Below are positions 50,790 to 62,492 of a DNA stretch of 64,000 bases, in pieces (the stretch's first letter is position 1; each line of letters starts with the position of its first letter). This DNA is from Marinobacter sp. (GTDB taxonomy: Bacteria; Pseudomonadota; Gammaproteobacteria; Pseudomonadales; Oleiphilaceae), in assembly GCA_018623515.1 (NCBI GenBank), contig JAAZVL010000001.1, positions 6,037 through 70,036 on the forward strand, written 5' to 3'. The notes beneath the pieces were generated by a model, which was not told the origin of the DNA, ran no database searches, and worked only from the letters and a program-made list of their open reading frames with translations. The position numbers and the translations under genes are program-made.

Positions 50790-51599
50790 ATGGCAGTAGC
50801 TCCCGAAGTGTATTCCCGCAGGTACTCTCGCTGGCAAAGCATTTGTGCCGGCCTGGCTGGCCTGTTGTTGACAACCGTTACGGTCTCCACCAGTGCAGAG
50901 ACCCTGACTGCAGCGGTTGCTGCCAACTTTACCGGCACCATGCAAAAACTGATTCCGATTTTCGAGCAGCAAACCGGCCACCAGATCCGGGCCAGCTACG
51001 GCTCCACGGGCAAGCTCTATGCCCAGATCCGCCAGGGCGCGCCCTTCGACGTGTTCCTGGCCGCCGACCGGGAACGACCGGAATTGCTCGAGCAGCAGGA
51101 ACTGGGGGTGACCGGCAGCCGATTCACCTACGCCCGCGGTCGGTTGGTGCTCTGGAGCCGGTCCGCAGACGCATTCCAGGACCCGGAAGCCTATCTTGCC
51201 GCCAGCGCGGGGCCGCGACTGGCCATCGGCAACCCCCGTACCGCACCGTACGGTGTCGCTGCCATGGAAGTGCTCGAGGCCCTGGGCCTGGCGGATACGG
51301 TCCAGCCCCGTCTGGTCCGTGGCGATTCGATCGCCCAGACTTTCCAGTTTGTAGCCACCGGCAATGCCGAGGCAGGCTTTGTGGCCCTGGCCCAGCTGCG
51401 GGCCTGGGACGGCGATAGCGGTGCCAGTTGGGTCGTCCCCGCCTCGCTGCACCAGCCCATTGACCAGCAGGCCATCCTCCTGGCCCGCAGCGAATACCCG
51501 GAAGCAGCAAGAGCCTGGCTTGATTTCCTGGTAAGTAACGAAGCGCGGGAAATCATTGAAAAAGACGGCTACGATACCGGTGACACGCCGGAGCCCTGA
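50790..51599 (+). CDS. modA: Molybdate ABC transporter substrate-binding protein
   Basis: [16 protein letters not shown] and NPRTAPYG motifs. Confidence 0.93.
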   Translation: MAVAPEVYSRRYSRWQSICAGLAGLLLTTVTVSTSAETLTAAVAANFTGTMQKLIPIFEQQTGHQIRASYGSTGKLYAQIRQGAPFDVFLAADRERPELLEQQELGVTGSRFTYARGRLVLWSRSADAFQDPEAYLAASAGPRLAIGNPRTAPYGVAAMEVLEALGLADTVQPRLVRGDSIAQTFQFVATGNAEAGFVALAQLRAWDGDSGASWVVPASLHQPIDQQAILLARSEYPEAARAWLDFLVSNEAREIIEKDGYDTGDTPEP

Positions 51600-51628
51600 A
51601 CCCGGCTGACCTAGGCGATGGAGATTTC

Positions 51629-52306
51629 ATGGGCCCGGAATGGCAGGCCGTCTGGCTGACACTGAAACTGGCAGGCATCACCACCATCTTATTGCTGATC
51701 ATCGGTACCCCACTGGCCTGGTGGCTGGCCCGCAGCCAGCACTGGTCGCGGCAACCGGTGTCCGCCCTCATTGCCCTGCCCCTGGTCCTGCCGCCCACCG
51801 TCCTGGGCTTCTACCTGCTCATCGTGATGGGACCGGACGGCCTGGTGGGGCGACTGACTGAACAATTGGGTCTCGGCCTGCTGCCATTCACCTTCGAGGG
51901 CCTCGTGATCGCCTCGATCATCTACTCCCTGCCGTTCACCGTGCAGCCTTTGCAGAACAGTTTCATGACCATCGATCAGCGCCTGCTGGAAGTGGCGTCC
52001 ACGCTCAGGGCATCGCCCCGGGACCGTTTCTTTACCGTGGTCCTGCCGATGGCGCGCCCGGGCTTTCTCAGTGCCGCGGTATTGACCTTTGCCCACACAG
52101 TCGGTGAATTCGGCGTGGTGCTGATGATTGGGGGCAATATTCCCGGCGAGACCAAGGTATTGTCCGTGGCCATCTATGATCATGTCGAAGCCCTCGACTA
52201 TGCTTCGGCACACTGGCTGGCCGCCGGTATGCTCGCGTTTTCCTTTATTGTCCTGTTGAGCCTGTACAGTCTTAACGGCCGCCTTCAGCCCGGGGTCGTG
52301 AAATGA
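51629..52306 (+). CDS. modB: Molybdate ABC transporter permease
   Basis: [15 protein letters not shown] and FAHTVGEFG motifs. Confidence 0.95.
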   Translation: MGPEWQAVWLTLKLAGITTILLLIIGTPLAWWLARSQHWSRQPVSALIALPLVLPPTVLGFYLLIVMGPDGLVGRLTEQLGLGLLPFTFEGLVIASIIYSLPFTVQPLQNSFMTIDQRLLEVASTLRASPRDRFFTVVLPMARPGFLSAAVLTFAHTVGEFGVVLMIGGNIPGETKVLSVAIYDHVEALDYASAHWLAAGMLAFSFIVLLSLYSLNGRLQPGVVK

Positions 52307-53385
52307 CCGGTTCCCGTGGCATCCAGGCGCGCTTCCGGTGCGGTTTCGAGTCATTCCGGCTCGACGTCGATCTGGAACTGCCAGGCAGTGGCGTCACCGC
52401 CCTGTTCGGGCACTCGGGCTGCGGCAAGACCACCCTGCTGCGCTGCATTGCCGGGCTCCAGGCCGCCGAGGGTGCCCTGACCGTCAACGGTGAAACCTGG
52501 CAGGACGGCGCCCGGAGCCTGCCGGTGCACCAGCGTTCACTGGCCTATGTTTTCCAGGAAACCAGTCTGTTCCCGCACCTGAACGTTCGCCGGAATCTGA
52601 CTTACGGCTTCCGTCGCATTCCCCAGGCGCGGCGTCGGATCAGTTTTGACCAGGCTGTAACCTGGCTGGGCCTTGGCCATCTGGTCACCCGCATGCCCGA
52701 CCGTTTGTCCGGCGGTGAGCGCCAGCGCGTCGCTATTGCCCGGGCGTTGCTGACCAGCCCCGACCTGTTGCTGATGGACGAGCCCCTCTCGGCCCTGGAT
52801 GCGCGCAGCAAGCAGGAAATCATGCCGTACCTGGAAACCCTGCGGGATTCACTGGCCATTCCGATCCTCTACGTGTCCCATTCCACCGCCGAGGTCGCCC
52901 GGCTCGCGGATCATATCGTGATGATGGACAACGGCCGGGTCGTTGCCGAGGGCCCGCTGCAACAGACCCTGGCCCGCACCGACCAGCCCTTTGGCCTGGA
53001 AGAGGACGCCGGCGTCATCATAGAGGCCGTCATTGGCCAGCGCGATCAGCAATGGCACCTGTGCCGGGCCGATTTCAACGGCGGTCACCTGTGGCTACGG
53101 GACGACGCGGCTCTCGCCATCGGCCAGCGGATCCGGCTGCAGGTGCTGGCCCGCGACATCAGTATTGCCCTGGGCGAACACACCGAACAGACCACCCAGA
53201 ACCTGGTGCCGGCCACCATTGATGAAATCGCCTCGGACCTGAGCCCCGGCACCTCAGTCGTGCGCCTGGTAGCCGGGGCGACCCCGTTCCTGGCCCGCAT
53301 CACCAGCCGGTCCGTTCACACCCTGTCCCTGCGACCGGGTCAACAGGTCTGGATGCAAGTGAAGTCGGTTGCCATAGTCGACTGA
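52303..53385 (+). CDS. modC: Molybdate ABC transporter ATPase
   Basis: GHSGCGKT and [13 protein letters not shown] motifs; C-terminal TOBE/Mop. Confidence 0.95.
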   Translation: MTGSRGIQARFRCGFESFRLDVDLELPGSGVTALFGHSGCGKTTLLRCIAGLQAAEGALTVNGETWQDGARSLPVHQRSLAYVFQETSLFPHLNVRRNLTYGFRRIPQARRRISFDQAVTWLGLGHLVTRMPDRLSGGERQRVAIARALLTSPDLLLMDEPLSALDARSKQEIMPYLETLRDSLAIPILYVSHSTAEVARLADHIVMMDNGRVVAEGPLQQTLARTDQPFGLEEDAGVIIEAVIGQRDQQWHLCRADFNGGHLWLRDDAALAIGQRIRLQVLARDISIALGEHTEQTTQNLVPATIDEIASDLSPGTSVVRLVAGATPFLARITSRSVHTLSLRPGQQVWMQVKSVAIVD

Positions 53386-53490
53386 CACCCTGAGCACGAG
53401 CCATGGCCCCTTTGGCCGCTGTCGGTGACGACGCAAAGCGATAACCTGTCGGCAATGAATCCATCCGCACCCATACCGACAGGAACCGCC

Positions 53491-54378
53491 ATGAACAGGA
53501 CCAACCATCGCGTGCACAGTGGCAATATCACGCTCCATGCCGTCACCGAGGGCAACTCCGCAAATGCGCCTTTGGTGCTGGTTCACGGCTACCCGGACAA
53601 CCACCACGTCTGGGACCGGGTCGTTGATGAACTGACCCGGGATTTTTATGTGGTCCGCTATGACGTGCGTGGTGCCGGGCTTTCCGACAAGCCCGCCCGG
53701 ACCAGGGACTACCAGCTCACGGAGCTGGCAGGCGACCTGAGGGCGGTTGTTGACCAACTGCTGCCCGGACGCGCCTTCCACCTGGCAGCCCATGACTGGG
53801 GCTCGATCCAGAGCTGGGAGTCGGTGACAGCCGGCCCGCTCCGGGAATGGATTCTCTCCTATACCTCAATCTCCGGCCCCTGCCTGGATCATGTCGGATA
53901 CTGGCTGAGAGAGCAGGCAACGGACCTTCAAGGCGGGGGTACCGGCAAAGTGCTCCGGCAACTGGCCAGTTCCTGGTACGTATTCCTGTTCCAGCTGCCG
54001 CTCGTGTCTGAAACCCTGTGGCGGCTGGGACTGGACCGGGCCTGGCCCGGCATCCTGAGGAAATACGAAGGCATTGCCGACGCCCGGTTCAGTGAACTGC
54101 AGCAAGATGATGGCAGGTTCGGGGTCAAACTATACCGCGCCAACTTCCTGCCCCGCCTGCTGCGGCCGGAACAGCGTCATGCAAAGTGCCCGGTACAGCT
54201 GATCATTCCCAAGGGGGACAATTACGTGGGCGAGCAACTGTTTGACCGGCAGGTTCGATGGACGGGAAAGCTGACAAGAAAGGAGGTGGACGCCCCGCAC
54301 TGGGCGCCGCTGACTGCGCCCGGCGTGGTGGCGGACGCAATCAGGGAATTCGCATTCACACAAGGGCGGGCTGGTTAA
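53491..54378 (+). CDS. Alpha/beta hydrolase (epoxide-hydrolase-like, EphD N-domain type)
   Basis: VHGYPD, YDVRGAG and AHDWGS motifs. Confidence 0.85.
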   Translation: MNRTNHRVHSGNITLHAVTEGNSANAPLVLVHGYPDNHHVWDRVVDELTRDFYVVRYDVRGAGLSDKPARTRDYQLTELAGDLRAVVDQLLPGRAFHLAAHDWGSIQSWESVTAGPLREWILSYTSISGPCLDHVGYWLREQATDLQGGGTGKVLRQLASSWYVFLFQLPLVSETLWRLGLDRAWPGILRKYEGIADARFSELQQDDGRFGVKLYRANFLPRLLRPEQRHAKCPVQLIIPKGDNYVGEQLFDRQVRWTGKLTRKEVDAPHWAPLTAPGVVADAIREFAFTQGRAG

Positions 54379-55016
54379 CGGGTGCCGTACACCACCATGG
54401 TCTTGCCCTTGACCCGAACCAGGCCCTGATCCTCCAGGGTCTTGAGCACCCGGCCCACCATTTCCCGGGAACAACCAACGATCCGGCCGATTTCCTGACG
54501 GGTGATCTTGATCTGCATGCCATCGGGATGGGTCATGGCATCGGGCTCCTTGCACAGATCCAGGAGAGTCCGGGCTACCCGGCCGGTCACGTCCAGAAAT
54601 GCCAGGTCCCCCACCTTGCGGGTCGTCTGGCGCAGGCGCGAAGCCATCTGTTCACCAATGAAGTACAGCACCCTCGGATCCTGCTGGGCGATCTCGCGGA
54701 ACTTGGTGTAGCTGATCTCGGCCACTTCGCATTCGGTCTTGGCTTTCACCCAGGCACTGCGGGAATCCATGTTGTCGAACAGACCCATCTCACCAAAGAA
54801 ATCACCGGCATTCAGGTACGCCATGATCATTTCGCGGCCGTCGTCATCCTCGATGATGACGGTGACGGAACCCTTGACGATGTAGAACAGGGAATCGCTC
54901 TTGTCACCGGCGTAGATGATGGTGCTCTTGGCGGGGTAGCGACGGCGGTGGCACTGGGACAGGAAATAGTCCAGGTGCTTGGTTTTCTGCTCAACCGGCT
55001 TGACGATAGTAGCCAT
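54375..55016 (-). CDS. crp: cAMP receptor protein (Crp/Vfr)
   Basis: [39 protein letters not shown] and CSREMVGR motifs. Confidence 0.96.
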   Translation of the reverse strand: MATIVKPVEQKTKHLDYFLSQCHRRRYPAKSTIIYAGDKSDSLFYIVKGSVTVIIEDDDGREMIMAYLNAGDFFGEMGLFDNMDSRSAWVKAKTECEVAEISYTKFREIAQQDPRVLYFIGEQMASRLRQTTRKVGDLAFLDVTGRVARTLLDLCKEPDAMTHPDGMQIKITRQEIGRIVGCSREMVGRVLKTLEDQGLVRVKGKTMVVYGTR

Positions 55017-55262
55017 AGTGCGAGTCATGCCTCCTCAGATACTGGCGGGTCCCAATGGTTATTCTTCACCCGGCTTTCCCTGCGGGTTCGTTAATTTTTC
55101 TTCAAAAACACGCCAACTTATAACAAGAAGGCCAATGGCGGGCAACCGGAAAGAGCGCACTCCTTGACCTCGATAGCGTTTTCAGCGGCTGCCGGGTGAT
55201 TCTGACTGTGCTAGCATCCGGCCTCATTACCCCTTGTTCTGACCAACGGAGACCATCACGAT

Positions 55263-55694
55263 ATGAAAGCAACCGTCGACTGGACCGGCAATGCCAGCTT
55301 CAGGGCTACCAGTGGCAGCGGCCACAGCGTACAGATTGATGGTCCGCCCGACCATGGCGGCGAGAACCTGGGCCCGCGCCCCATGGAAATGCTGCTGATG
55401 GGGCTGGCCGGGTGTTCCGCTTTCGATGTGATGAGCATCCTGAAGAAGAGTCGCCAGGACGTGACGGCCTGTCATGCGGAGCTTGAAGCGGAACGCGCCG
55501 ATGCCGTGCCGGCGGTATTCACCAAAATCCATCTGCACTTCGTGGTGACCGGGCATAACCTCAAGGAAAAACAGGTCGAGCGTGCGGTGAGCCTGTCGGC
55601 GGACAAGTACTGCTCCGCGTCCATCATGCTGGAAAAGGCCGGCGTGGAGATTACCCACAGTCACGAGATCCGCGAAGCAGACCCGGGCCTGTGA
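55263..55694 (+). CDS. OsmC/YhfA family protein
   Basis: GPRPMEMLLMGLAGC and KYCSAS motifs; divergent from crp as in enterics and pseudomonads. Confidence 0.9.
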   Translation: MKATVDWTGNASFRATSGSGHSVQIDGPPDHGGENLGPRPMEMLLMGLAGCSAFDVMSILKKSRQDVTACHAELEAERADAVPAVFTKIHLHFVVTGHNLKEKQVERAVSLSADKYCSASIMLEKAGVEITHSHEIREADPGL

Positions 55695-55912
55695 GGCCAG
55701 CGGGAACCGGCGGCAATTACGGATGCTAAAATGTCATTGCAGATACTATTCAACGTCACTTGCGGTGTGCATAATACGCGCCTTCTCCGCCGGTCTGCGC
55801 AAAAGGTGAACAATGAGTCACCCGGTCAGTAGTCGGTGGCGGCCTCGGCAGGGCTGACATCTCAAGGCAGTGCCCTGCAGTCATTCATCTCCAATGTCCG
55901 GAGGGGCTGAGC

Positions 55913-56704
55913 ATGGAAACCAAACTCCAGCTGCACGGTTTCAATAACCTGACCAAATCCCTGAGCTTCAACATCTACGACATCTGTTACGCGCAGACCG
56001 AAGAACAACGCGAAGCCTATATCGACTACATCGACGAGATGTATAACGCCGAGCGTCTGACCCAGATCCTGACCGATGTGGTCAAGATCATCGGCGCCAA
56101 CATCCTGAATATCGCCCGCCAGGACTACGAGCCCCACGGGGCCTCCGTCACCATGCTCATTGCCGAGCATGAGATTACCGACGGCGAAGCCAACAACGAG
56201 GAATCCCCGGGCCCGCTGCCGGACACCATCGTGGCGCACCTGGACAAAAGCCACGTGACCGTGCACACCTATCCGGAAAGCCATCCCCACGATGGCGTCA
56301 GTACCTTCCGGGCCGACATCGACGTGTCCACCTGCGGCCTGATTTCGCCGCTGAAGGTACTGAACTACCTGATCCACAGCTTTGATTCCGACGTGGTCAC
56401 CGTGGACTATCGGGTGCGCGGCTTCACCCGGGACGTGGACGGCACCAAGCATTACATCGATCACGACATCAACTCGATCCAGAACTACCTGACCGAGGAT
56501 ACCCAGAACGCGTATCAGATGATCGACGTGAACGTGTACCAGGAGAACCTGTTCCACACCAAGATGATGCTGAAGAACTTCAACCTGGATAACTACGTGT
56601 TCGGCGTCAATGCCAGCGACCTGGATCCGGCTGAAGCCCAGTCCATCGAGGATCGCCTGCGGCGGGAAATGCTGGAAATCTTCTATTCCCGGAACGTGGA
56701 ATAA
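55913..56704 (+). CDS. speD: S-adenosylmethionine decarboxylase proenzyme
   Basis: [21 protein letters not shown] self-cleavage site and VSTCG motifs. Confidence 0.96.
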   Translation: METKLQLHGFNNLTKSLSFNIYDICYAQTEEQREAYIDYIDEMYNAERLTQILTDVVKIIGANILNIARQDYEPHGASVTMLIAEHEITDGEANNEESPGPLPDTIVAHLDKSHVTVHTYPESHPHDGVSTFRADIDVSTCGLISPLKVLNYLIHSFDSDVVTVDYRVRGFTRDVDGTKHYIDHDINSIQNYLTEDTQNAYQMIDVNVYQENLFHTKMMLKNFNLDNYVFGVNASDLDPAEAQSIEDRLRREMLEIFYSRNVE

Positions 56705-56710
56705 TCCCTC

Positions 56711-56754
56711 CGGCGGCGGTCTTTCGGGGTCGCCGCTGTTTCTTCAGTTTTTTT
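56711..56754 (+). terminator. Intrinsic terminator after speD
   Basis: CGGCGGCGGT...GTCGCCGCTG followed by a T-rich tail. Confidence 0.65.
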
Positions 56755-56838
56755 GATCTGCCCCGCCAGAATTCTGCGTTTTCATCTCTCCGGACTCCCA
56801 TGTCTAATACAGACATACCTGAACGCAAGGAGGACGAG

Positions 56839-57684
56839 ATGACGCTTCGCTCCGTTAAACAGATCATTCCCGCACTGGAAACCTCTGATGGTGCCGGTGT
56901 TCGCATCAAGCGCTCCCTGGGCCAACACCAGTCGGTCCGGCTGGATCCGTTCCTGATGCTGGATGAATTCGGCTCCGCCGAGGCGGCGGACTACATTGCC
57001 GGCTTTCCCTCCCACCCCCACCGCGGTTTCGAGACCGTGACCTACATGATCGAGGGGCACATGCTCCACGAGGATCACCTGGGCAACCGCGGGGATCTGC
57101 GCAACGGGGGTGTCCAGTGGATGACCGCAGGCAGGGGCATCATCCACTCGGAAATGCCCCAGCAGGAAGAGGGCGTGATGCGTGGTTTCCAGCTCTGGCT
57201 GAATCTGCCGGCGGCCGGGAAGATGACCGATGCCGGTTACCGCGACATCCAGCCCGAGGACATTCCCGAGATCACTTCCAGTGGTGCCCGCATCAAACTC
57301 ATTGCCGGAGAACTGATCCTGGAGGGCGCCAGCCATCAGGGCGCGGTGACCGGTGGCAGCACCGAGCCACTGTATGCCGACGTCCATCTGAGTCCGGACG
57401 GACAGGTCACGTTGCCGGTCCCGGCGCGCCACAACGCCATGCTGTACCTGTACGAAGGGGAGGCCAGCCTCGGCGAACAGGCCCTGCGGCGCAGTGCCGC
57501 CAACGTGCTTGACGACGGTGACCGGATTACCGTCACCGCCGGGGCCGGCGGCGCCCGCCTGCTGCTGATTGCCGGCAAGCCGATTGGCGAACCGATTGTG
57601 CAGTATGGCCCGTTCGTGATGAACACCCGCGAGGAAATCGAGCAGGCACTGAGGGACTACCGGGACGGCCGGTTGACCGCCTGA
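56839..57684 (+). CDS. Pirin family protein
   Basis: DPFLMLD, HPHRGFETVTY, WMTAGRGIIHSE and GPFVMN motifs; AGGAGG RBS. Confidence 0.93.
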   Translation: MTLRSVKQIIPALETSDGAGVRIKRSLGQHQSVRLDPFLMLDEFGSAEAADYIAGFPSHPHRGFETVTYMIEGHMLHEDHLGNRGDLRNGGVQWMTAGRGIIHSEMPQQEEGVMRGFQLWLNLPAAGKMTDAGYRDIQPEDIPEITSSGARIKLIAGELILEGASHQGAVTGGSTEPLYADVHLSPDGQVTLPVPARHNAMLYLYEGEASLGEQALRRSAANVLDDGDRITVTAGAGGARLLLIAGKPIGEPIVQYGPFVMNTREEIEQALRDYRDGRLTA

Positions 57685-57686
57685 GG

Positions 57687-58553
57687 TCAGGCGTAGGTTT
57701 TCCGGCTCATCAGGCGCTGGACCATTGGCCGCAGCACAAGATCCATGGCCAGCGCCATCTTCGGTCCCGGAACCACCAGGGTATCGTGGCGGGACACGGT
57801 GCTGCCGGAGATCAGTTGCAGCAACTGGGTGAGCTTCACCTCCGAAGGGTCCCGGAACCGGATCACCACCATGCTCTCGTCTTCGGTGGGCACATCCCGG
57901 ACCACGAACGGGTTGGAGGTGTCCACCAGGGGCACCCGCTGGAAGTTGATGTGGGTGTGGGCAAACTGCGGCACGATATCGTGGACATAGTCGTCCATGC
58001 GATTGATGATGGTCTGGACCACCGCTTCCTGGCTGTAACCGCGTTTGTGGGTATCCCGGTGAATCTTCTGGATCCATTCCAGATTGACGATGGGTACCAC
58101 TCCGATCAGCAGGTCCACGTATTGGGCGATGTTGTAGGTATCACTTACCACCCCGCCGTGAAGTCCCTCGTAGAACAGCAGGTCGGTATCTGCCGGCAGC
58201 GGCCCCCAGGGGGTAAACGTACCTGCGTTGTGACCGGCGGCAATCAGGTTGTGATCCTCGTCATGGACATACCGTCGGTAGCGGCCGTTACCGGTATGGC
58301 CATAGTCGTAGAACAACGCCTCAAGCTTGTCGATGTGATTGGCCGCGAGGGCAAAGTGGTTGCGCTCACCGAACTGGCCCTTGGCCGCCAGCCGGGCCAT
58401 CTGTTCCCGGTTGTAGCGGTGAAAGCTGTCACCGCTGACCATGGCTGCCCGCAATCCCTCACTGGCGAACATGCGGCTGAAGATCTGACCGGTGGTCGTG
58501 GTACCGGCACCGCTGGAGCCGGTCACGGCTATGATCGGATGACGCTTTGACAT
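57687..58553 (-). CDS. prkB: Phosphoribulokinase homolog
   Basis: HPIIAVTGSSGAGTT, GDSFH, YEGLHG, NLEWIQKIHRD and INFQRVP..DTSNPF motifs. Confidence 0.88.
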   Translation of the reverse strand: MSKRHPIIAVTGSSGAGTTTTGQIFSRMFASEGLRAAMVSGDSFHRYNREQMARLAAKGQFGERNHFALAANHIDKLEALFYDYGHTGNGRYRRYVHDEDHNLIAAGHNAGTFTPWGPLPADTDLLFYEGLHGGVVSDTYNIAQYVDLLIGVVPIVNLEWIQKIHRDTHKRGYSQEAVVQTIINRMDDYVHDIVPQFAHTHINFQRVPLVDTSNPFVVRDVPTEDESMVVIRFRDPSEVKLTQLLQLISGSTVSRHDTLVVPGPKMALAMDLVLRPMVQRLMSRKTYA

Positions 58554-58572
58554 GGGCTCCGCCTGTCCCGGT

Positions 58573-61500
58573 TTACAGAAGGGTGTCGAGGGACCGGGGC
58601 TTTTCCACCACGAATCCCTGAGCGTAATCCACGCCCAACTGCCTCAGCATATCCAGAACCTCACGGGATTCAACCTGTGAAGCAATCACTTCCCGCTTCA
58701 TGTAATGCGCCATTTCCACCATGGAACGGACCATCGCCCGGTCCATTTCACTGGTGGTGAGCTGGCTGGTGAAGGCGCTGTCGATCTTGATCAGGTCCAC
58801 CGGCAGGGAGCGCATGAAATTGAACGAGCTGGGGCCGCTGCCAAAATTGCCCAGGCAGAACCGGCAGCCCAGTTCCTTCATTTCACGAATAAACTCCGCC
58901 ACCGACTCGATATCGTTAATGGCCGAAGCCTCGGTGAGCTCAAACCAGATCCGCTCTATCGGCGCATCCTTCTCGCTCAGCTTTTCGTAGATGAATTCGA
59001 GCAGGGACTGGTCATTCAGGCTGAAGCCGGAGAGGTTGATGCACACACCACCGAGGTGACGGGGGTCCGGCCGGCGCTCCCGAAGCCAATCGAGCATCTG
59101 CCCGACCACCCAGCGATCAACCGCCTGCATCCGGTCATAACGCTCGGCCATGCGGACAAAATCCCGCCCGGTAATCAGGTTGCCGGCATCGTCATACATG
59201 CTGATCAGGATCTCGTACTGGGGCGCCATCGAGGTACGGCCATGCAGGGGAATGATCTTCTGGCACCGCAGCAGCATGCGTTCCTCGTTCAGGTCACCGA
59301 GACTGGCGACCTTGGCAGCAATCTGCTCCTGACGGGCCTGGTCATCCGCATCCGGTACGTATTCCACGGCCTGGCCATGGCCCTGCTGTTTGGCCGCTGC
59401 CAGGGCCTGCTCCGAGGCCCGAAGCCAGCGCTCGGCGTTCACCAGGCCCGGCAGTGTCGGCACGATACCGGCGCTGGCGGACAACCGGTAGCTGCGATCA
59501 CTGAAACTGAACTCGGCGGCCTCGATCGCCTTGATCAGGGTGCCAGCGGTTTCCCTGGCGTCCTCACCGGGTACCAGCATCGCAAACTCGTTGCCAGCCA
59601 GGCGGGCCACCGGCATGCCGTCCCCGACGTGGCTGCAGAGGAGATCGGCCACCTGTTTCAGGGCCTCATCGCCGGCCTGGTAGCCGGCGGTGTCGTTGAG
59701 AATCCGGAAGCGACGGAGATCCAGCCGCACCAGGGCGCGCTCGTCTTCCCTCCGCGCCAGTTGCTGGTCCAGCATGCGCTCGAACTCCCGCCGTCCCAAC
59801 AACCCGGTCAGCTCGTCGTGGGTGGAGGCCCAGGACAGCTGGTCATAGACCTTGCGCACCATGCGATCGATGCTCTCATCCACCAGCGGGCGCTCATACT
59901 GGTTATCCGGAACGATAACACCCTTGCGCATCTGCCGGGCCAGTGCTTCCAGCTCCAGCTCGACCACCCTCATGCCCTGGTGATTCACAAACACGAAACG
60001 GCTGAAGCCCCGGGCAACCCAGACCAGACGGATGTACTGGGGCTTGTCCGGATTGTCCTGATCCCTCAGCCAATCCCCGGTCCGCAGTTGCTGGGCGCGG
60101 TTAATCCAGCGCTGGAGGCTGCGCTGCTCGCGGTCCGAGAGTTCCTGCTGCCGGTTCTCCCCGGTGCGGGCCGGCGGCACTTCCACCATTTGCGGCGTCT
60201 GATCAGGCCGGCGCACCAGGAACTGTTTGAGCTCATCGCGGATCTGTGAGGAGGGCATATGGTTGCTGGAAATCGACGCCAGGCCATCCTGGATCATCCG
60301 GAGCAACTCGGGCAGATTGATGCTGCTGCCGGGATCGTCAGCGAAGGCGAGCAACGAATCAATAACGGCCAGGTAGTCCTGCCAGAGCTGGCTGTCCGGG
60401 CCCTGCCGGATCCAGGTCAGCGACAGCAGATCCCGCCAGCCACCGTCGAGCAGGCTCAGGACCGCCTTGGGTACCGTACGTCCCGCCACCCGCTTGTTGA
60501 GGACCTCTGCCACCGCCTTCTTGGATTCCGCCACCTTCTGGGCCCCTTCGGCGGCGGCCGTAACCCGTTCGACATTCCGGCGGTATACCAGGTTCTGGCG
60601 GTCGATCAGGGTATCAAGCTCCCGGACGGTCTGTTCGAAGACCCCGGTATCCTGCTCGAAATCGGTGTTGATCCGCTGGATCAGCTCGTCCACCCGGCGC
60701 TGCACCACCGGGTTCACCCGACCACCCTTGACGCCCAACTGGGCCAGACGGTTCATCACGCCCCGCACCGGGCTGTCCTGATCATCGAAGAAAGCCGGAT
60801 CACGCATCACCACCTTGAGGACCGGAACCTCGAGCCGTCGAATCCGACTCTGGGCGTAGTCGCTGAGTTTGGGGCTTTCCACCACGCTGCGGAAGAACCG
60901 GTCAACCACATCCAGCGTTTCCTGATGTTCCTCATTCAACCGATGGTCGCCGCTCTCCTGAACCCGCTCAATCACCCGCTGTTTCAGGGACACATCGTCG
61001 GCCACCGTCTCCCGGGCCTGTACCTGAAGCTGCTGCAACTGGCGCTGCAACTCACCCGCAGACAACGGCTGAGCATTGGGTGGAAACGGCATGGGCTCGG
61101 CCTCAGCACCTGCAAGCCGGCTCGCAGAGAGGGTGGAGATCAGGTTGCGTACCGTGGCGAAGGCCGTCTGGGCGGCCTGGGCATAGCCACGGAATTCCTG
61201 GCCCGCACGCCCAACCGCGGCTTCGGCACGCCCGGGAGCCCTTTCCCGGATCGGCTCTACCCGGGCGGGGGCCGGTTCCGGCGCCTCGGATACCGTCTCG
61301 GGCTGTTTCGCTCTCCGGGGTTCCGCCTTATTGACTGTGTTCTCACTGAGATACTTGCTCAGGTCCAGGTCCGGTAACACCCCGTGTCGAATGAGGATGT
61401 TATTGAGCTCCTCATAGAGCGGACCGAGCTGCTGCAGCACCGTTTGCTCGAACGCCTTGAGACAGACCTTTTCCACTTCCCGGGCCAGTTTCAGCTGGCT

Positions 61501-62328
61501 GAGACCGGCATGGAAAGCTTCACACACCAGCGCCGGACCAAGCGGATTGTGGTGCCCGGTGGCATTGGCAATGGCCAGCTTGTCCAGGCGCAACTTGAGC
61601 TGCAGCAGGTCGCCACGGTATTGGGTATCCGCCTTGGTCACCATCACGCGGATGGTCAGCCAGTCCTCGAATTCGCCCTTGTCGACGATGGACAGCTCGG
61701 AGCCGGGAAAGCCCTTGGGTGCCGGTTTCAGGGGGGATTCCAGGTTGCGTGACATGTGGTGCCAGATCACCCGCTGCCGGGCCTGGATCTGACCGGAGGC
61801 ATCCATGAATTCGTTGGCCAGTTGATCGTTGGCGGCTTTCTGGGCCGCCTGTTTCAGGCCGGCAACGATCTGGCCGAAACAGGTATCCATCAGGGGTTCA
61901 ATGAATTGGGTCACTGCCCTGGCACACTGGTGCAGGACGAACTGGGTGCGGTCGTTCGGAGCATGCAGGGAGGAGCGCTCCTGATGCCGGGATCCACCGC
62001 ACTGCGCAATCATGGCATCCAGCGCTTCAGGGTTCGAGCGGGTGAAATTCACCCCCATGGCACCGTCAATGCGGCGCACGATGCTGACGTGCAGTTCGTG
62101 GGCACGGCGACCATCCGCACTGCGGAAACGCACGATCAGTTCCGGTTTGGCACCGTTGGCAAGATTCTGGTCAAGCTTTCTGGAGGTTTCGCCGGAATAG
62201 CGGACGAACAGACCCTCGGCACAAAAGTCTGCAATCTGGCAGGGCCAGGCATCACCGCCACCCAGATCGATCTGGGCAGCAAGTTTGATAGGTTGGCGGG
62301 GACTTCTACGACGTTCTTTTGATTCCAT
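58573..62328 (-). CDS. PilZ - DUF1631-like - degenerate GGDEF - degenerate EAL multidomain protein
   Basis: ERRRSPR...ADFCAEG (PilZ); NPLGP; HDELTGL..RLAGNEF; YEILISM; LGNFGSG. Confidence 0.8.
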   Translation of the reverse strand: MESKERRRSPRQPIKLAAQIDLGGGDAWPCQIADFCAEGLFVRYSGETSRKLDQNLANGAKPELIVRFRSADGRRAHELHVSIVRRIDGAMGVNFTRSNPEALDAMIAQCGGSRHQERSSLHAPNDRTQFVLHQCARAVTQFIEPLMDTCFGQIVAGLKQAAQKAANDQLANEFMDASGQIQARQRVIWHHMSRNLESPLKPAPKGFPGSELSIVDKGEFEDWLTIRVMVTKADTQYRGDLLQLKLRLDKLAIANATGHHNPLGPALVCEAFHAGLSQLKLAREVEKVCLKAFEQTVLQQLGPLYEELNNILIRHGVLPDLDLSKYLSENTVNKAEPRRAKQPETVSEAPEPAPARVEPIRERAPGRAEAAVGRAGQEFRGYAQAAQTAFATVRNLISTLSASRLAGAEAEPMPFPPNAQPLSAGELQRQLQQLQVQARETVADDVSLKQRVIERVQESGDHRLNEEHQETLDVVDRFFRSVVESPKLSDYAQSRIRRLEVPVLKVVMRDPAFFDDQDSPVRGVMNRLAQLGVKGGRVNPVVQRRVDELIQRINTDFEQDTGVFEQTVRELDTLIDRQNLVYRRNVERVTAAAEGAQKVAESKKAVAEVLNKRVAGRTVPKAVLSLLDGGWRDLLSLTWIRQGPDSQLWQDYLAVIDSLLAFADDPGSSINLPELLRMIQDGLASISSNHMPSSQIRDELKQFLVRRPDQTPQMVEVPPARTGENRQQELSDREQRSLQRWINRAQQLRTGDWLRDQDNPDKPQYIRLVWVARGFSRFVFVNHQGMRVVELELEALARQMRKGVIVPDNQYERPLVDESIDRMVRKVYDQLSWASTHDELTGLLGRREFERMLDQQLARREDERALVRLDLRRFRILNDTAGYQAGDEALKQVADLLCSHVGDGMPVARLAGNEFAMLVPGEDARETAGTLIKAIEAAEFSFSDRSYRLSASAGIVPTLPGLVNAERWLRASEQALAAAKQQGHGQAVEYVPDADDQARQEQIAAKVASLGDLNEERMLLRCQKIIPLHGRTSMAPQYEILISMYDDAGNLITGRDFVRMAERYDRMQAVDRWVVGQMLDWLRERRPDPRHLGGVCINLSGFSLNDQSLLEFIYEKLSEKDAPIERIWFELTEASAINDIESVAEFIREMKELGCRFCLGNFGSGPSSFNFMRSLPVDLIKIDSAFTSQLTTSEMDRAMVRSMVEMAHYMKREVIASQVESREVLDMLRQLGVDYAQGFVVEKPRSLDTLL

Positions 62329-62492
62329 GAACAACCTGATTTTTCGTACCACCAGCCGACCCTTGAGCACCCCCGGGTCCGGTTTGGGTCCCTGAAACGG
62401 TGGAGCACGCCACCGGCTACTATGAGAATCAGGGCTGTTATATAGTGGCGAGATCCTGACTGGAAACCGGCCCAAGTATAACACCCAGATCC

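Noticed and set aside
57687-58553. Evidence for autotrophy (Calvin cycle) from prkB, rpe and gph
   Set aside because: No RuBisCO or cbb cluster in the window, and these homologs are widespread in heterotrophic gammaproteobacteria.
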